In this document: piece after piece, positions 44,001 through 51,831 of the stretch
How the letters are laid out: each line of letters begins with the position of its first letter
Numbering within the stretch: the stretch's first letter is position 1
Assembly: GCA_023205875.1 (NCBI GenBank)
Contig: CP060760.1
Coordinates: 682,001 to 746,000, forward strand
DNA from: Chloropicon primus
Taxonomy: Eukaryota
Direction: 5' to 3'
DNA: 64,000 bases
Program-made: the position numbers and the translations under genes
The notes under the pieces: generated by a model
Databases searched by the model: none
What the model saw: the letters and a program-made list of their open reading frames with translations, nothing else
What the model was told of the DNA's origin: nothing

Positions 44001-44090
44001 AACGGAAATGGCGTGGTAGACGAGGATTGGACGGACTCTGCGACCGTTTTGGAGGGCACCACTGCCACCGGGACCCCCGATCTTACCTAA
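35097..44090 (+). CDS. Giant (~2997 aa) secreted beta-repeat protein resembling phage or giant-virus fibre proteins; function unknown
   Basis: Single 9-kb open frame; signal peptide MGHRETRAGLPLCLVVSLLLLILSLEGTRA; dozens of GS(I/L)xTxGG(L/I)G(V/A)xK(D/N)I repeats; 25 GDLSVNTDKFTVxASTGNTxxKGTL repeats; no obvious C-terminal TM segment. Confidence 0.85.
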   Translation: MGHRETRAGLPLCLVVSLLLLILSLEGTRAQDVRLKTITKQKNWSALGKLFVFDAGQVGIGPIFANVTPVEELDIDGSARIRGSIIFDDSNHNPAIQLPENNFKSLSIGEVNRGYITLNTESQRIESQQSVAFTGEEDTERKILVPEERFESLQIRTFYGTELFSLHTLQGLEETQIHTSLSVNKDVTIDGPVHLTDFTDVTSLKRAALEINGGVSVKKSAIFGEDVEIRGMFRFPGGLVDSDFAVASTRNATSVSEASMHTRGGLAVEKNAIIGGPVFVVDNTTATSSSEASITTNGGLGVARDVVVDGNMDLGAALTTGGRIEILDMTDLSLETSGGIFSKGPIDSEEALTVIAPKGIVVEKDAIIGGTTSVTGDTDIGGVLSVFYGMDVLKGATIDGPVHLTDFTDVTSLKRAALEINGGVSVKKSAIFGEDVEIRGMFRFPGGLVDSDFAVASTRNATSVSEASMHTRGGLAVEKNAIIGGPVFVVDNTTATSSSEASITTNGGLGVARDVVVDGKTAIGETLTVDKEIFSKKGILITDETEASYDDRTNTLSASLLTSGGIAADMDVYSNQQFVSYGLEIKSDEMSTGVESGSIHSIGGMGIEGNVFIGKRVRVEDDSNVDYDAEANTMSGSLVTEGGLGVSKDVYILKTLNINDRTNAGYYYDYDLEESILGGSIVTSGGIAAERDILTNAKFISSRGLEVYNDEGSTNSTSGSMKTKGGLGVEKNVSIGQTLNVESTLNAAYADVWHQEGEEHQGSKTSGSIHTEGGIGAEEDIVSGGNMIAGAGMQVLNYTQSNSSDTGSFTTSGGVGIARNLYVGERIDVEDSTQATISESSTTGSIHTDGGIGADRDIVATGNMKTSAGLQVTSTTESYAYNQGSITTTGGVGIQKNLYVGERIDVDDSTQATISGSYTSGSIHTDGGIGADRDIIAAGNLKTATGLRVTSTTESYAYNQGSITTSGGMGVQKHIYAHGGIEVSTNEQSYLYGSYTTGSIHTSGGIGANRDIVASGNMKTATGLQVTSTTESYAYNQGSITTSGGMGVQKHVYAHGGIEVSTNEQSYLYGSYTTGSIHTSGGIGANRDIVASGNMKTATGLQVTSSTNSHYYNQGSITTTGGVGIQKNLYVGERIDVDDSTQATISGSYTSGSIHTDGGIGANRDIIAAGNLKTATGLQVTSSTNSHYYNQGSITTTGGVGIQKNLYVGERIDVDDSTQATISGSYTSGSIHTDGGIGANRDIIAAGNLETATGLRVTSSTNSTNSSSGSIVTSGGVGIAKSLHVGEEVNVTSTLHIQSTEEAEYENAGPSGPSINGSITTEGGVFAAKDILSAGNVKALAGIQVNASVDVSETISVNSTENAAFVEGTGAVETETEPVWVQILSGDTTCNKDVYPNDGAARYYGSLHYDCTTPQVCLNYCDAYYPQAPFVDYWVETDVPNACWCNCYKAPCNPPTRRVQGEQIQVFERQNVTTAKGGLSGSIKTQGGLGVRQDIVTMQNVRAYGTTNAFSVSGESSEPSVGGSIHTAGGIVAEKDILALQKMIAVEGLHVNSTTRSTDAATGSITSLGGLGVAQDINVGEQMHIYGTNNAESDIEAGELFGSLVTDGGIAADKDILTNENLVSYGLILNAESIGSTSIVAEGGIDIGGRGFIGGKLAVDNDVVAKSNMTVHNGLSVLDTTEATYNEKDGSYSGSFRTRGGIFAMKDMMTGGNFRSLGGIAVDSGVESTSSDTGSLTTDGGLGVGMSAHIEENLNVLSDENALYQKGEATASIHTAGGIAAEKDILALGSITSVSGHSHIAELKVSGKTEIDGTLSADGDLSVNYDKFTVDASTGNTDVKGTLDVHQDTSLEAKLSALDDLSVNTDKFTVQASTGNTNLKGTLSADGSVSIGYDMFTVNAGTGNTATSGTLSADGDFSINTDKFVVDAATGNTAMYGLSADGDFSINTNKFTVQASTGNTNLKGTLSADGDLFVNYDKFTVDASTGNTDVQGTLDVHQDTSLEAHLSVFDDLSVNYDKFTVQASTGNTNLKGTLSADGDLFVNTDKFTVDASTGNTDVKGTLDVHQDTSLEAKLSALDDLSVNTDKFTVQASTGNTNLKGTLSADGSVSVNDGKFTVDAATGNTAMYGLSADGDFSINTNKFTVQASTGNTNLKGTLSADGDLFVNYDKFTVDASTGNTDVQGTLDVHQDTSLEAHLSVLDDLSVNYDKFTVQASTGNTNLKGTLSADGDLFVNTDKFTVDASTGNTDVKGTLDVHQDTSLEAKLSALDDLSVNTDKFTVQASTGNTNLKGTLSADGSVSVNDGKFTVDAATGNTAMYGLSADGDFSINTNKFTVQASTGNTNLKGTLSADGDLFVNYDKFTVDASTGNTDVKGTLDVHQDTSLEATLSVLDGLSVNTDKFTVQASTGNTNLKGTLSADGSVSIGYDMFTVNAGTGNTATSGTLSADGDLSVNYDKFTVDASTGNTDVKGTLDVHQDTSLEATLSVLDGLSVNTDKFTVQASTGNTNLKGTLSADGSVSIGYDMFTVNAGTGNTATSGTLSADGDFSINTNKFAVNAATGNTAVQGTLNVEGSAAINTDKFTVDASTGNTALKGTLSADGSVSIASTSQAQIHDVLNHGLGDDAIIGTYYTEGSLHTDGGLGVDKDIMAVGNIRSMSGFLVLSDYDVTYTPASGMTPASVEASIQTAGGIGATKDIVSLANVKAYGTTDASVSGGSVSAAIQTAGGIAAEKDIVTLQNMRAYGTFRVDGTTVSTSHSTGSIITSGGIGVLKDSHFGSDVIVGTDHWVKSDHLKVASTTNDLLLQAGAGKKLRLAFADSSTSVTNSLSLFGDEMNFVHSKAEIGSSFVNVGCFRLDKHSAMTAIMYVHGKFLNSGSATVPDIGRFQLSLVNNGFAAPETLEGNTGVSGVFSISGQLSVRIVKAGSGDGSVGTGGENNFQIQLLHAGNSQASFDPFNIIFITTGSYDQCTNGNGVVDEDWTDSATVLEGTTATGTPDLT
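35664..36655 (+). repeat. Apparently identical 365-bp intragenic duplication (35664-36028 and 36291-36655)
   Basis: Both copies run gacggcccggtgcacttgacgg...cgtcgtcgttgacgggaa; the 627-nt offset is in frame. Confidence 0.92.
37540..38885 (+). repeat. Intragenic ~231-bp (77-aa) near-identical tandem repeats
   Basis: Recurrent units such as YNQGSITT(T/S)GG(V/M)G(I/V)QK..GSIHT(D/S)GGIGA(N/D)RDI; shadow ORFs recur at 231-nt spacing (37732, 37963, 38194). Confidence 0.9.
40551..42893 (+). repeat. Array of 25 units (27, 28 or 40 aa) with 573-bp and 288-bp higher-order periodicity
   Basis: Units counted from the translation. A six-unit block is 191 aa = 573 nt (shadow ORFs at 41291 and 41864); a three-unit block is 96 aa = 288 nt near the end. 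Confidence 0.92.
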
Positions 44091-44219
44091 TCTCGACAAC
44101 GAACGGCAGCAAACTTTTTGTAGTGGCTTGGGGGCTGGCCACATTCTTTGTGTGGAACGAAACAACCGAAATAAGCAAGATAGTTACATGTACAACAGAC
44201 TTTATAAACAAACCAATGG

Positions 44220-44957
44220 TCATACTTTGAAGGACTCGAGGAATCCTTCTGAAAACATGTGTTCTCTCTCCCAAACCTGCAAGACTCTCGTGATCCTGTG
44301 GCGCAGGCCCTCGAGCTCGATTCTGCCGCAGGACTCTGGCGCTCCGTTCAAGCACGCAGAAAACTTTCCGGGAAGCTTGTCTTGAAGCATCTTCGTGCAC
44401 CTTCTGTTCCCTGCTTTTGCAAACTGATGGAAGAGATCGGAGGCGAGGTAAAGGTTGCCTACAATCAGAGCAGGGCTTGCGCCCTGCGGAAGGGGTCTGG
44501 AGCAAAAGGCGTCCACGAGCTCCACAAGGTCGTGTGGCCTGTCCAGGAAGTAAGTGACCATTCTGAAAACCTCTCCTTTGGATGGAGCAAGGTTGTCCAG
44601 ACGGCAAAGGAACGCTCGTCGTTCACCTGGGCCCGCCCCTGCTCTTCCTTTCTGGGGTGCCAAGGACAACCCCGCCTGTCCTCTGACTTTTGACAAGACT
44701 CTGGAACGATAATAAGTGTGCAGGGCGCCCCCTTGTGGGCGTCCCGCATCAAGGAATTCGAAGTGAGGGCACCCCGAGCGCAGAAGCGCCCTCTCGAACG
44801 CAAACCCCTCTCTTGCTACCCACTCTGCAGTCAACTCCACCACTTCCTTGGTGACCTGGTCCATGGGCGGCGAACAGCTACGAGCCCCCCCCGATGTCGA
44901 CGCTTCCTCCACGCTTCCCCGCCGACAAGGAGGCGGGACGTCCTCCTCGCCTCCCAT
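44220..44957 (-). CDS. SURP/SWAP domain plus CID-like domain protein (splicing / Pol II CTD-associated)
   Basis: KEVVELTAEWVAREGFAFERAL...FEFL...HTYYRSRV is a SURP module; LYLASDL and RITRVLQVWEREHMFSEGFLE are CID-like. Start codon uncertain (44957 or 44864). Confidence 0.75.
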   Translation of the reverse strand: MGGEEDVPPPCRRGSVEEASTSGGARSCSPPMDQVTKEVVELTAEWVAREGFAFERALLRSGCPHFEFLDAGRPQGGALHTYYRSRVLSKVRGQAGLSLAPQKGRAGAGPGERRAFLCRLDNLAPSKGEVFRMVTYFLDRPHDLVELVDAFCSRPLPQGASPALIVGNLYLASDLFHQFAKAGNRRCTKMLQDKLPGKFSACLNGAPESCGRIELEGLRHRITRVLQVWEREHMFSEGFLESFKV

Positions 44958-45621
44958 GTAACACCACCACCCCTGCGGGAGCACCCCCACAACAGTACGT
45001 AGAGCCTCTCTACCCCCCCTCCTCCCCGTTGCGTGACACTCCGGTCTCTCCTCTACCCCGTTGGCACCGCCCCAGCTCTACCCCACCTCATTCAAACCAC
45101 TCAAAGAGTCAACCGACCCATCGCACGCCACGACACGCCACGCCACGACACGACGGCTCCGCCGGCGGAACCGGAACACCACTTGGTGGACGACACGACA
45201 CGACACGGCCCTCCACCTGATGAGGCAAAGGGACTCTCCTCTCGAGCGAAACGGGAACCAATTCGGGCAAACGATAGGTCAATCGAGAGGTCGCGAGACA
45301 AGCTAGAAGCGTGAATCTGGGTTCCTCCCAGCCTCGCTCGTCCTCCCTCCCCTCGTGCCACGCCCTTTGCCCCTCCAGGTCAGGTCAGGCTGACGTTTGC
45401 TATGATATATGATAGTGCTCTTGATCCCAAGGACAAGCTTTGGCTTTGAGTGGAGTAGACCAGGGAGACAAAGAGCAAGAGGAAGAGAGAGGTGGGGGTC
45501 ATAGTTCATACCGGAGAGAGGAGGAGGGATAACACCGCGTCACCAGATCCACATATCCATGCGTAACGCCAATATATCACTTGAGACAACAAAGAGATAG
45601 AGAGACAGAGAGAGCACCACG

Positions 45622-46210
45622 ATGAGGAGAGGGGCAGTGTTGGTGATGATGTTCTTTGCCGTGATGACTCTGGGGAGCGTAAACCTCGTGCAAGGTGTCG
45701 ACCTGGGCACGTTTTTGGAGCAGCCAGAACTGGAGGCTTTGAGCCCAGGATGTAAGAGCGATGTGATTGCCCTGGCGCAAGACGGTGACTATGTGAACGC
45801 GCTGGGCCAGGTCGATGGGATGGTCAGGGGATACATCGGAAGCCTGTTTCCGACGTGCATTGCGCCGGCTCCGAACTGCAACTCCCCCCTAGCGGCGAAT
45901 CAGCACTGCTGCAGTTTCTCTGGACAAGAGTTTTGGAAAAACAACACTGAGATTCTGTCCAAGATAACGCTTGAAGGGAACAGGATCGTGGGTGGCAGAC
46001 TCCAGTTCTTGAGCCAGGTCGTGACGCTCGACTTGCAGAACCCCATCGCCTTTGTGACAGCCAGCCTGAGCTTCATGCAGCCCTACTTCTCCCCGCTGTC
46101 TTGCAGGAATACGCAGGATGCGAGGGTGATTGGGTGGGCCATGAGCAGCGCCTGCGTCAGCCAGAACGCCATCCCTTATGCGGACACCAAGCTGTGCTCC
46201 CTCGCTTTCT

Positions 46211-46212
<2 letters not shown>
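45622..46212 (+). CDS. Secreted cysteine-containing hypothetical protein (196 aa)
   Basis: ATG, hydrophobic signal peptide (AVLVMMFFAVMTLGSVNLVQG), 8 Cys, coding-like codon usage, followed by (GA)n and an AT-rich 3' region. Confidence 0.7.
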
Positions 46213-46242
<30 letters not shown>

Positions 46243-46322
46243 TCTGTATTTTTTATTATAAGATATAACGACACGCGGGCCGTTGTTCCTAAAGCTTTCC
46301 TTTCGTCATACACCACGTGCAG

Positions 46323-47323
46323 CTACTTGGTGGCGAGGGGCTCGTACCAAGTCTTGGTGAACCCAGCTTTTTCTCTTGCCTCGTCGTTGAACGGGGGCTT
46401 CAGCCTGCCGTGGAAGTGCTTCCTCACCGTCGAGTGAAAGCTGGCGATGACCTCGTCGACGTTGAAACCGAACTTGGACAAAATATCTCCGGCCTGTGTT
46501 CCACCCATGGAATCGATGGCCAAGCCCTCAAGCTCGCGCAAGCAGGTGTCCTTCCCATCCTGCTTTGGCGCGTGGTCCCTCACGTAGAGGTAACAGTAAT
46601 ACTTCAAGCCTGCGGCGCAGTGAGTCACCTCCTCTGGGTAGACAAAGTTCCTCAGCACCAGCGCAGTCTCCTTATCCCCACCGTTCTCAAACTTTGAGAT
46701 CGTCTGCGGCAGCACGTCCAGCCCCCTCGCTTCGTGAACCATGTGCTCGATGGCGAGCCTGGCCATCAGGCTCTCGCTGGTCTCCACGGCGCTCTCCCAG
46801 AGACCGTCGTGGGCCGGGAAGTCGCCGTAAGATCCTCCCATGGCCTTCAGACGCTCTGCCAGCCGCTCGAAGTGGCTTGCCTCATCGAGAGCCACCCTGG
46901 CAAAGTCACACACAAACCCAAAAGGCATCGATTGACTGATCCCAAAACGAGCGATGATGTCCCAACTCAAGTCAATGGCCCAGCTCTCGATGTGGGCGAG
47001 CGAGTGGCAGATCGCCATCCGACTTTTGAGGCTCCCCCCTTTGCCGAGCGGCTTGATCTTTCGCGGGTCAACAATCTCCACCAAGTCGCTCCGGCACGGC
47101 TTTGCTGGAGCCACCAGTCGCTGTTGTTGTTGTTGTTGTTGTTGTTGTCCCCCATCGATACTTGGAAGCGGCGCCCCACCCCTTTCCAGAGACACGATCT
47201 CCTCGTAGTACTCCCTCGTGAGTCTTGCTTTTTCGTAAGGACAAGGCTCCGCTAACACAGCAAGCGCATTCCTCACCGCCAACACCATCCTCGGGTCCCT
47301 CTCGATGTGGTCATCACCCTGGA

Positions 47324-47387
<64 letters not shown>

Positions 47388-47459
47388 ATCATGATGACGA
47401 ACACCCCCACCGCTCCAAGGAAACTTCCCTCTCAAGCACCTCTCGTCCCACCACGCCAT
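46323..47459 (-). CDS. DUF455 ferritin-like di-iron family protein with polyQ tracts
   Basis: HSLAHIESWAIDLSWD, DEASHF, YGDFPAHDGLWE, HEARGLDV and EEVTHCAAG carboxylate/His ligands; LKPPFNDEAR. Confidence 0.88.
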
Positions 47460-47585
47460 CCTCGAAACCCTTCAGTTATGGTCAGAGTTGGAGTTTGGTG
47501 TGGAGTGGAAGGAGTTTGGCGTTTTGTGGACCAGAGAACAATTAGATAGAGGTCAGTGGAGGGGTTGTTGGAGTGGGGAACCGTC

Positions 47586-48269
47586 ATGAGCGATGGGATT
47601 ACGTGCTTGCTCTTCGACTTGGACGGGACCTTGTACCTGGAGTCGAACGGGTACGTGAAACACTGCAGGACTCGGGGATGCGAGTACCTCTCGAAGAAGT
47701 TTGGCTGGACCATGGCGGAAGCAGAAGAGAAGAGGAAGCTTGCGCTGAAGACGTCCAATCAGACTGTCAAGGGCCTCAGGACCCTTGGTTACGAGCTTGA
47801 CGACAAGGAGTTCGTCTCGTACATGAGAGACGGCGTGGAGCAATTTCTCAAGCCCAACCGGGAGCTCGGCGAGTTTCTCTCCAGTCTGAAGCAAAAGAAG
47901 TACGTCTTCACGAACACGAGAGAGGTCGAGGCAGAGAAGGCGCTCAAGTGCCTTGGGATCCGAGACCACTTCGAGAAGGTCTACGGGGCTGACTTCATGG
48001 GGGACTCTTGCAAACCAGAAACGAGGAGTTTCAACGCCGTGGTAGAGGACGTGGGCACCACCTGCGAGGAGTGTTGCATGGTAGAAGATTCTATCAAGAA
48101 CGTCATCGCGGCGAAGCAGCTCGGGATGAGGACTATTTTTGTGAGGGGAAGAGACCCCGAGCAGGGGTTTACCGACGAGAGCGGGGAGACCCTGGAGGTG
48201 ATCGACTGCGCCTGTGATGCTCTCACGATAGGAAACCTCGAGAAAGGCGCCCCCTTCCTGTGGAAATAA
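47586..48269 (+). CDS. HAD-superfamily hydrolase, pyrimidine 5'-nucleotidase (SDT1-like)
   Basis: FDLDGTLY, FTNT, CKP and MVEDSIKNVIAAKQLGMRT HAD motifs I-IV; TGTAA downstream. Confidence 0.88.
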   Translation: MSDGITCLLFDLDGTLYLESNGYVKHCRTRGCEYLSKKFGWTMAEAEEKRKLALKTSNQTVKGLRTLGYELDDKEFVSYMRDGVEQFLKPNRELGEFLSSLKQKKYVFTNTREVEAEKALKCLGIRDHFEKVYGADFMGDSCKPETRSFNAVVEDVGTTCEECCMVEDSIKNVIAAKQLGMRTIFVRGRDPEQGFTDESGETLEVIDCACDALTIGNLEKGAPFLWK

Positions 48270-48382
48270 GGAGCGTGGAAAGAAGGAGCGAAGGGGTGGT
48301 AATAAGGAGGTAAAACAATATGTAACCCTTGTCACAACGAATGCATGCATATTTCTTGTCATTCAGTTCATGGTCATGGTCA

Positions 48383-49864
48383 TCACCCTTGCTCGAAGAG
48401 TCCCAGCGGAAGGAGGACATCCGTCGAGATGGACCTCGGGAGGACGATCTCGCTGGAGAGGTTTCGCAGGAGTTTCAGGCAGTCCGCCTTGGGAAGGGCG
48501 GCGGTCGCTGCCCCGGCGAAGTCGAATCCTGCGAAGGGGGAGACCTCCAGAACAGGCGCCGTGAGCTGCGTGCTCGCCTCGGAGTTGCTGACCGTTATTC
48601 TGTTTTTGCTAGGGCTCAGACTGGCCGCGGTGCCCTCCGTCAGGACGGGCTGCTTCATCTTTGAAAGTTTCGGCACCGCCATTTGGAAGACGACGTGGTA
48701 AAAGGTCTTGACGACTGCCGTGGCAACGGCGGCGAACTCCTCGAGGCTCAGAGCCCTGGCCTTCATGATCTCGCTCCTCCCCAAGCTGCAGATCTTGAGC
48801 GCAGCGGCGTCAAACTTGGCGAAGCCCTCCTCGATGTCGTTCAAGGCCCCCGTGTACGGACGAGGATAATTCCCCGGCATGCGTGCCACCAAGTCCGTCC
48901 AGAAGACTTGCTCCAGGTTGTGAGCGAACCTGTCCACTTGCATCAGGCAGTCGACGTACTTCCACGCCGAGCCCTTGACCACGTCCTTGGGCCAGCTGTA
49001 AATCTGCTGCAGCAGGCTCAGGCACGCCTCGCAGGGGGCCCTCAGCTGCATCAGCAGGTCTGCCTTCACCCTCACGTAAGCCGTCAAGATCTTTCTCTGG
49101 TTGTCGAACGCCTTGGCCTCGTCGGCGTTTCTGGACTCGGGGTTGCGGTTGGTGTCGTCGCAGGCCTCGATCAGGAGGTCGAGGAGGTTCTCGCACGGCC
49201 CGAGCTCGTCGGTGAACTTCTCGATCGTCCTCCTCTCCACCTTCGTCCTCCTCTCCGTCGCCCCCAGCTCCGAGGCCGAGACCTCGCGCTGGAGCACGCT
49301 CGGGGCGTGGAGCCACTGCTCCTGCTTCACCACCACCGCCGACGGGGCGGCGACGTGGTGCTGGTCGGTGCTCCAGCTCAAGTCGCTCGAGACGTTCCTC
49401 ACCAGCTGGTCCTGGTCGGGGACGCAGGCCAGGGAGGAGGACGACGGCGGCCTGAAGCTCTTTCGAACCCAGATGCAGGACTTGAAGCCCCAGGACCTGG
49501 CCAGGACCATCATGCACACCTTGGACAGCCGGGGCGTCTCCTTCCTCCTGATGATCTCGATCTCCTTGCTCATGCGGCTCGTCTCCGGATTGTTCTGCAG
49601 GTGGTGCACGAGGTGGGCCCTCTCCAGGGGCGAGTTCCACTCCCGGCTCATCTGGATCAGCGTCCTCAACTTCTTGTCCCCGTTCCTCTTCCCCGGGTCC
49701 CCCTTGAGGCACCAGTGGCTCTCATGCCCGAGCGGGGGGGGCTCGCTGCACAGGGAGCACGGCTCCTGGTGGCTCGGGTCGATGCACCTCCACCCCCGCT
49801 CCCCCACCGGCTCGAGGCCCGTCGGGTCGTACACGTCCGGCGCCACCCTCTTCAGCCTCACCAT
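48383..49864 (-). CDS. Hypothetical protein with one N-terminal CIDPxHxxPCxxC domain
   Basis: Long ORF with host-like codon usage; ATG at 49864; N-terminal ~105 aa clearly homologous to two segments of the 61752-63533 gene. Confidence 0.8.
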   Translation of the reverse strand: MVRLKRVAPDVYDPTGLEPVGERGWRCIDPSHQEPCSLCSEPPPLGHESHWCLKGDPGKRNGDKKLRTLIQMSREWNSPLERAHLVHHLQNNPETSRMSKEIEIIRRKETPRLSKVCMMVLARSWGFKSCIWVRKSFRPPSSSSLACVPDQDQLVRNVSSDLSWSTDQHHVAAPSAVVVKQEQWLHAPSVLQREVSASELGATERRTKVERRTIEKFTDELGPCENLLDLLIEACDDTNRNPESRNADEAKAFDNQRKILTAYVRVKADLLMQLRAPCEACLSLLQQIYSWPKDVVKGSAWKYVDCLMQVDRFAHNLEQVFWTDLVARMPGNYPRPYTGALNDIEEGFAKFDAAALKICSLGRSEIMKARALSLEEFAAVATAVVKTFYHVVFQMAVPKLSKMKQPVLTEGTAASLSPSKNRITVSNSEASTQLTAPVLEVSPFAGFDFAGAATAALPKADCLKLLRNLSSEIVLPRSISTDVLLPLGLFEQG

Positions 49865-50701
49865 CAGTGCGTAACTCAAAACCCAAACCCAAAACCACCC
49901 CCACAAGACGTGGACAGAGTCACGTGACACGCGCAAGAGAATGTGTTCCAGCGTTGGTCGCCGCCCGCACGTCGCCGTCTTATTCGCGGAAATAAGAGCG
50001 CTTGAGTTGGGGCGTTACGACCCGGCCCCACCGGACGTTTCTTTTTTCTTCACGGATGGCCGATAATCCTCCAAGAGGCTGTTGGAGAAAAACGGAATTT
50101 CTACAGAGGAATTGGTCTCCCCGTCGGACGAAAAGTGGGGCCAGGTCCTAGGACGTTGGGGCGTTTGAGGCGTCACGTGGTAATAATGGTGCCGATTAAG
50201 GTTAAGGTGGGGCACTATGGGGCCTTCCGGGGTCACGACTCCAAGGGTCGAGAATCGATCACCCATCTTCCAATCACGCTTTCCTAGTGGTAGAGGGCGG
50301 AACCTGCATCATCACCATGACATGACGACCCATCAGGATTAGGATTAGGATGGGTCCCACTCCAACGCACCGCACCTCCCTCTCTCTCCCTCTCCTTTGG
50401 GTTTGGGCCCATCGCCACCGGAAGGGAAGGAGAGTCTCCTCCTTCCTTGGGCTGCTGCCGACAGGGTCAGGGTCTGTCTGCTGGAACCCCAGCTCAGAGC
50501 AGCAGCAGCATCACAAGGGCGGAGGGAGGAGGACCTCCATCCATCCGTCCATCCATCCGAACCAAAACGCTTCGTTTCGTTTCGTTTCGTTCCTCTTGCT
50601 CTCTCTGCTCTCAACGTCACGTGCTTTCGGTTTTGGATAGAGCTCTCCCTCCCTCCCCGACCCTCTCGCCAACAAACCAGCAAACGCGCAAGCGACGGAC
50701 G

Positions 50702-51748
50702 ATGACGATGGCGATGATGACTTGCAGCAGGGGGATAGCGCGCGCTTCTCGACCCCTCTCGTCGTGGAGCCTGTCGTCGTCGCGACGGCGGCTCGGCTCG
50801 AGACTCCGGCGGTGGCCCGCCTCGAGCGGGCGCCACGCCAGCTGCGCCCCCTCGGCTTCATCCTCATCCTCAACCTCTTCGTCCTCGCCATCTTCATCTT
50901 CCTCATCCTCGTCGTCGTCGTCGGCGGCGGCGGCGACCTCCACCGGCACCAAGGCCTCGCGGAGGAGGGCGGAGATTCTGTCGAGCGTGGAGGTCGTGGG
51001 CGCCTCCACCGGCGGGCCCCTGCCGGAGGACTGGAACAACAAGGTCCTTCTCATCGACAAGCCCCTGGACTGGACCTCCTTCGACGTGTGCGGCAAGCTC
51101 AGGGGCTTGGTGAGGACCAAGAAGGTGGGCCACGCCGGCACGCTGGACCCCCAGGCGACCGGCCTGCTGATCGTGTGCGTGGGCCGGGCGACCAAGACGG
51201 TGGACCACTACCAGGGGCTGGGCAAGGCGTATGAGGGGACCCTGAGGCTGGGCGAGGCCACGAGCTCGTACGACCACTGCACCCCGGTGGAGAGGACGGC
51301 GGAGTGGGTGCACCTGAGCGACGGGGACATCACCGAGTCGGCGTCCCGCTTCGTGGGGGAGATCATGCAGCTTCCCCCCATGTTCTCCGCCATCAAGAGG
51401 AAGGGCAAGAAGCTGTACGAGCTCGCGAGGAAGGGCATCACGGTGGAGAGGGAGCCGAGGCCCGTCAGGGTGGACGAGTTCAGGGTCTGGAGGGAGGAGG
51501 GTGGGGACCCGCAGACGGTCAACTTTTACATCCGGTGCGGCAAGGGGACTTACGTGAGGTCCCTGGTGCACGACCTGGGGGAGGGCATGGGGACGTGCGC
51601 GCACATGACCTCCCTCAGGAGGACCGAGATCGGGGAGTACTCCGTGGCCAGCGCCTGGAAGCTGGAGAGGTTGGTGGAGCACCTGCAGAGGAGGAGGGAC
51701 GAGGAGGACCGGTTGCTGGCGCAAAAATTTTCCGCGAAAAAATTCTGA
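50702..51748 (+). CDS. truB: Organellar tRNA pseudouridine(55) synthase
   Basis: LIDKPLDWTSFDV, KVGHAGTLDPQATGLL, QLPPMFSAIK, CGKGTYVRSL; Ser/Arg-rich transit peptide. Confidence 0.93.
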   Translation: MTMAMMTCSRGIARASRPLSSWSLSSSRRRLGSRLRRWPASSGRHASCAPSASSSSSTSSSSPSSSSSSSSSSSAAAATSTGTKASRRRAEILSSVEVVGASTGGPLPEDWNNKVLLIDKPLDWTSFDVCGKLRGLVRTKKVGHAGTLDPQATGLLIVCVGRATKTVDHYQGLGKAYEGTLRLGEATSSYDHCTPVERTAEWVHLSDGDITESASRFVGEIMQLPPMFSAIKRKGKKLYELARKGITVEREPRPVRVDEFRVWREEGGDPQTVNFYIRCGKGTYVRSLVHDLGEGMGTCAHMTSLRRTEIGEYSVASAWKLERLVEHLQRRRDEEDRLLAQKFSAKKF

Positions 51749-51831
51749 AAAGAGAGAGTGACTTCGCAAAAAGCTATTTACTGTTGTTCTGAAACGAAAC
51801 CTAAAGCGCTCTCTCTCTCTCTCTCGCATCG

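Noticed and set aside
50040..50270. Short coding-looking stretch (KRLLEKNGISTEELVSPSDEKWGQVLGRWGV) between the orphan gene and truB
   Set aside because: No start codon or convincing splice sites and no recognisable homology; cannot be supported as a gene or pseudogene.
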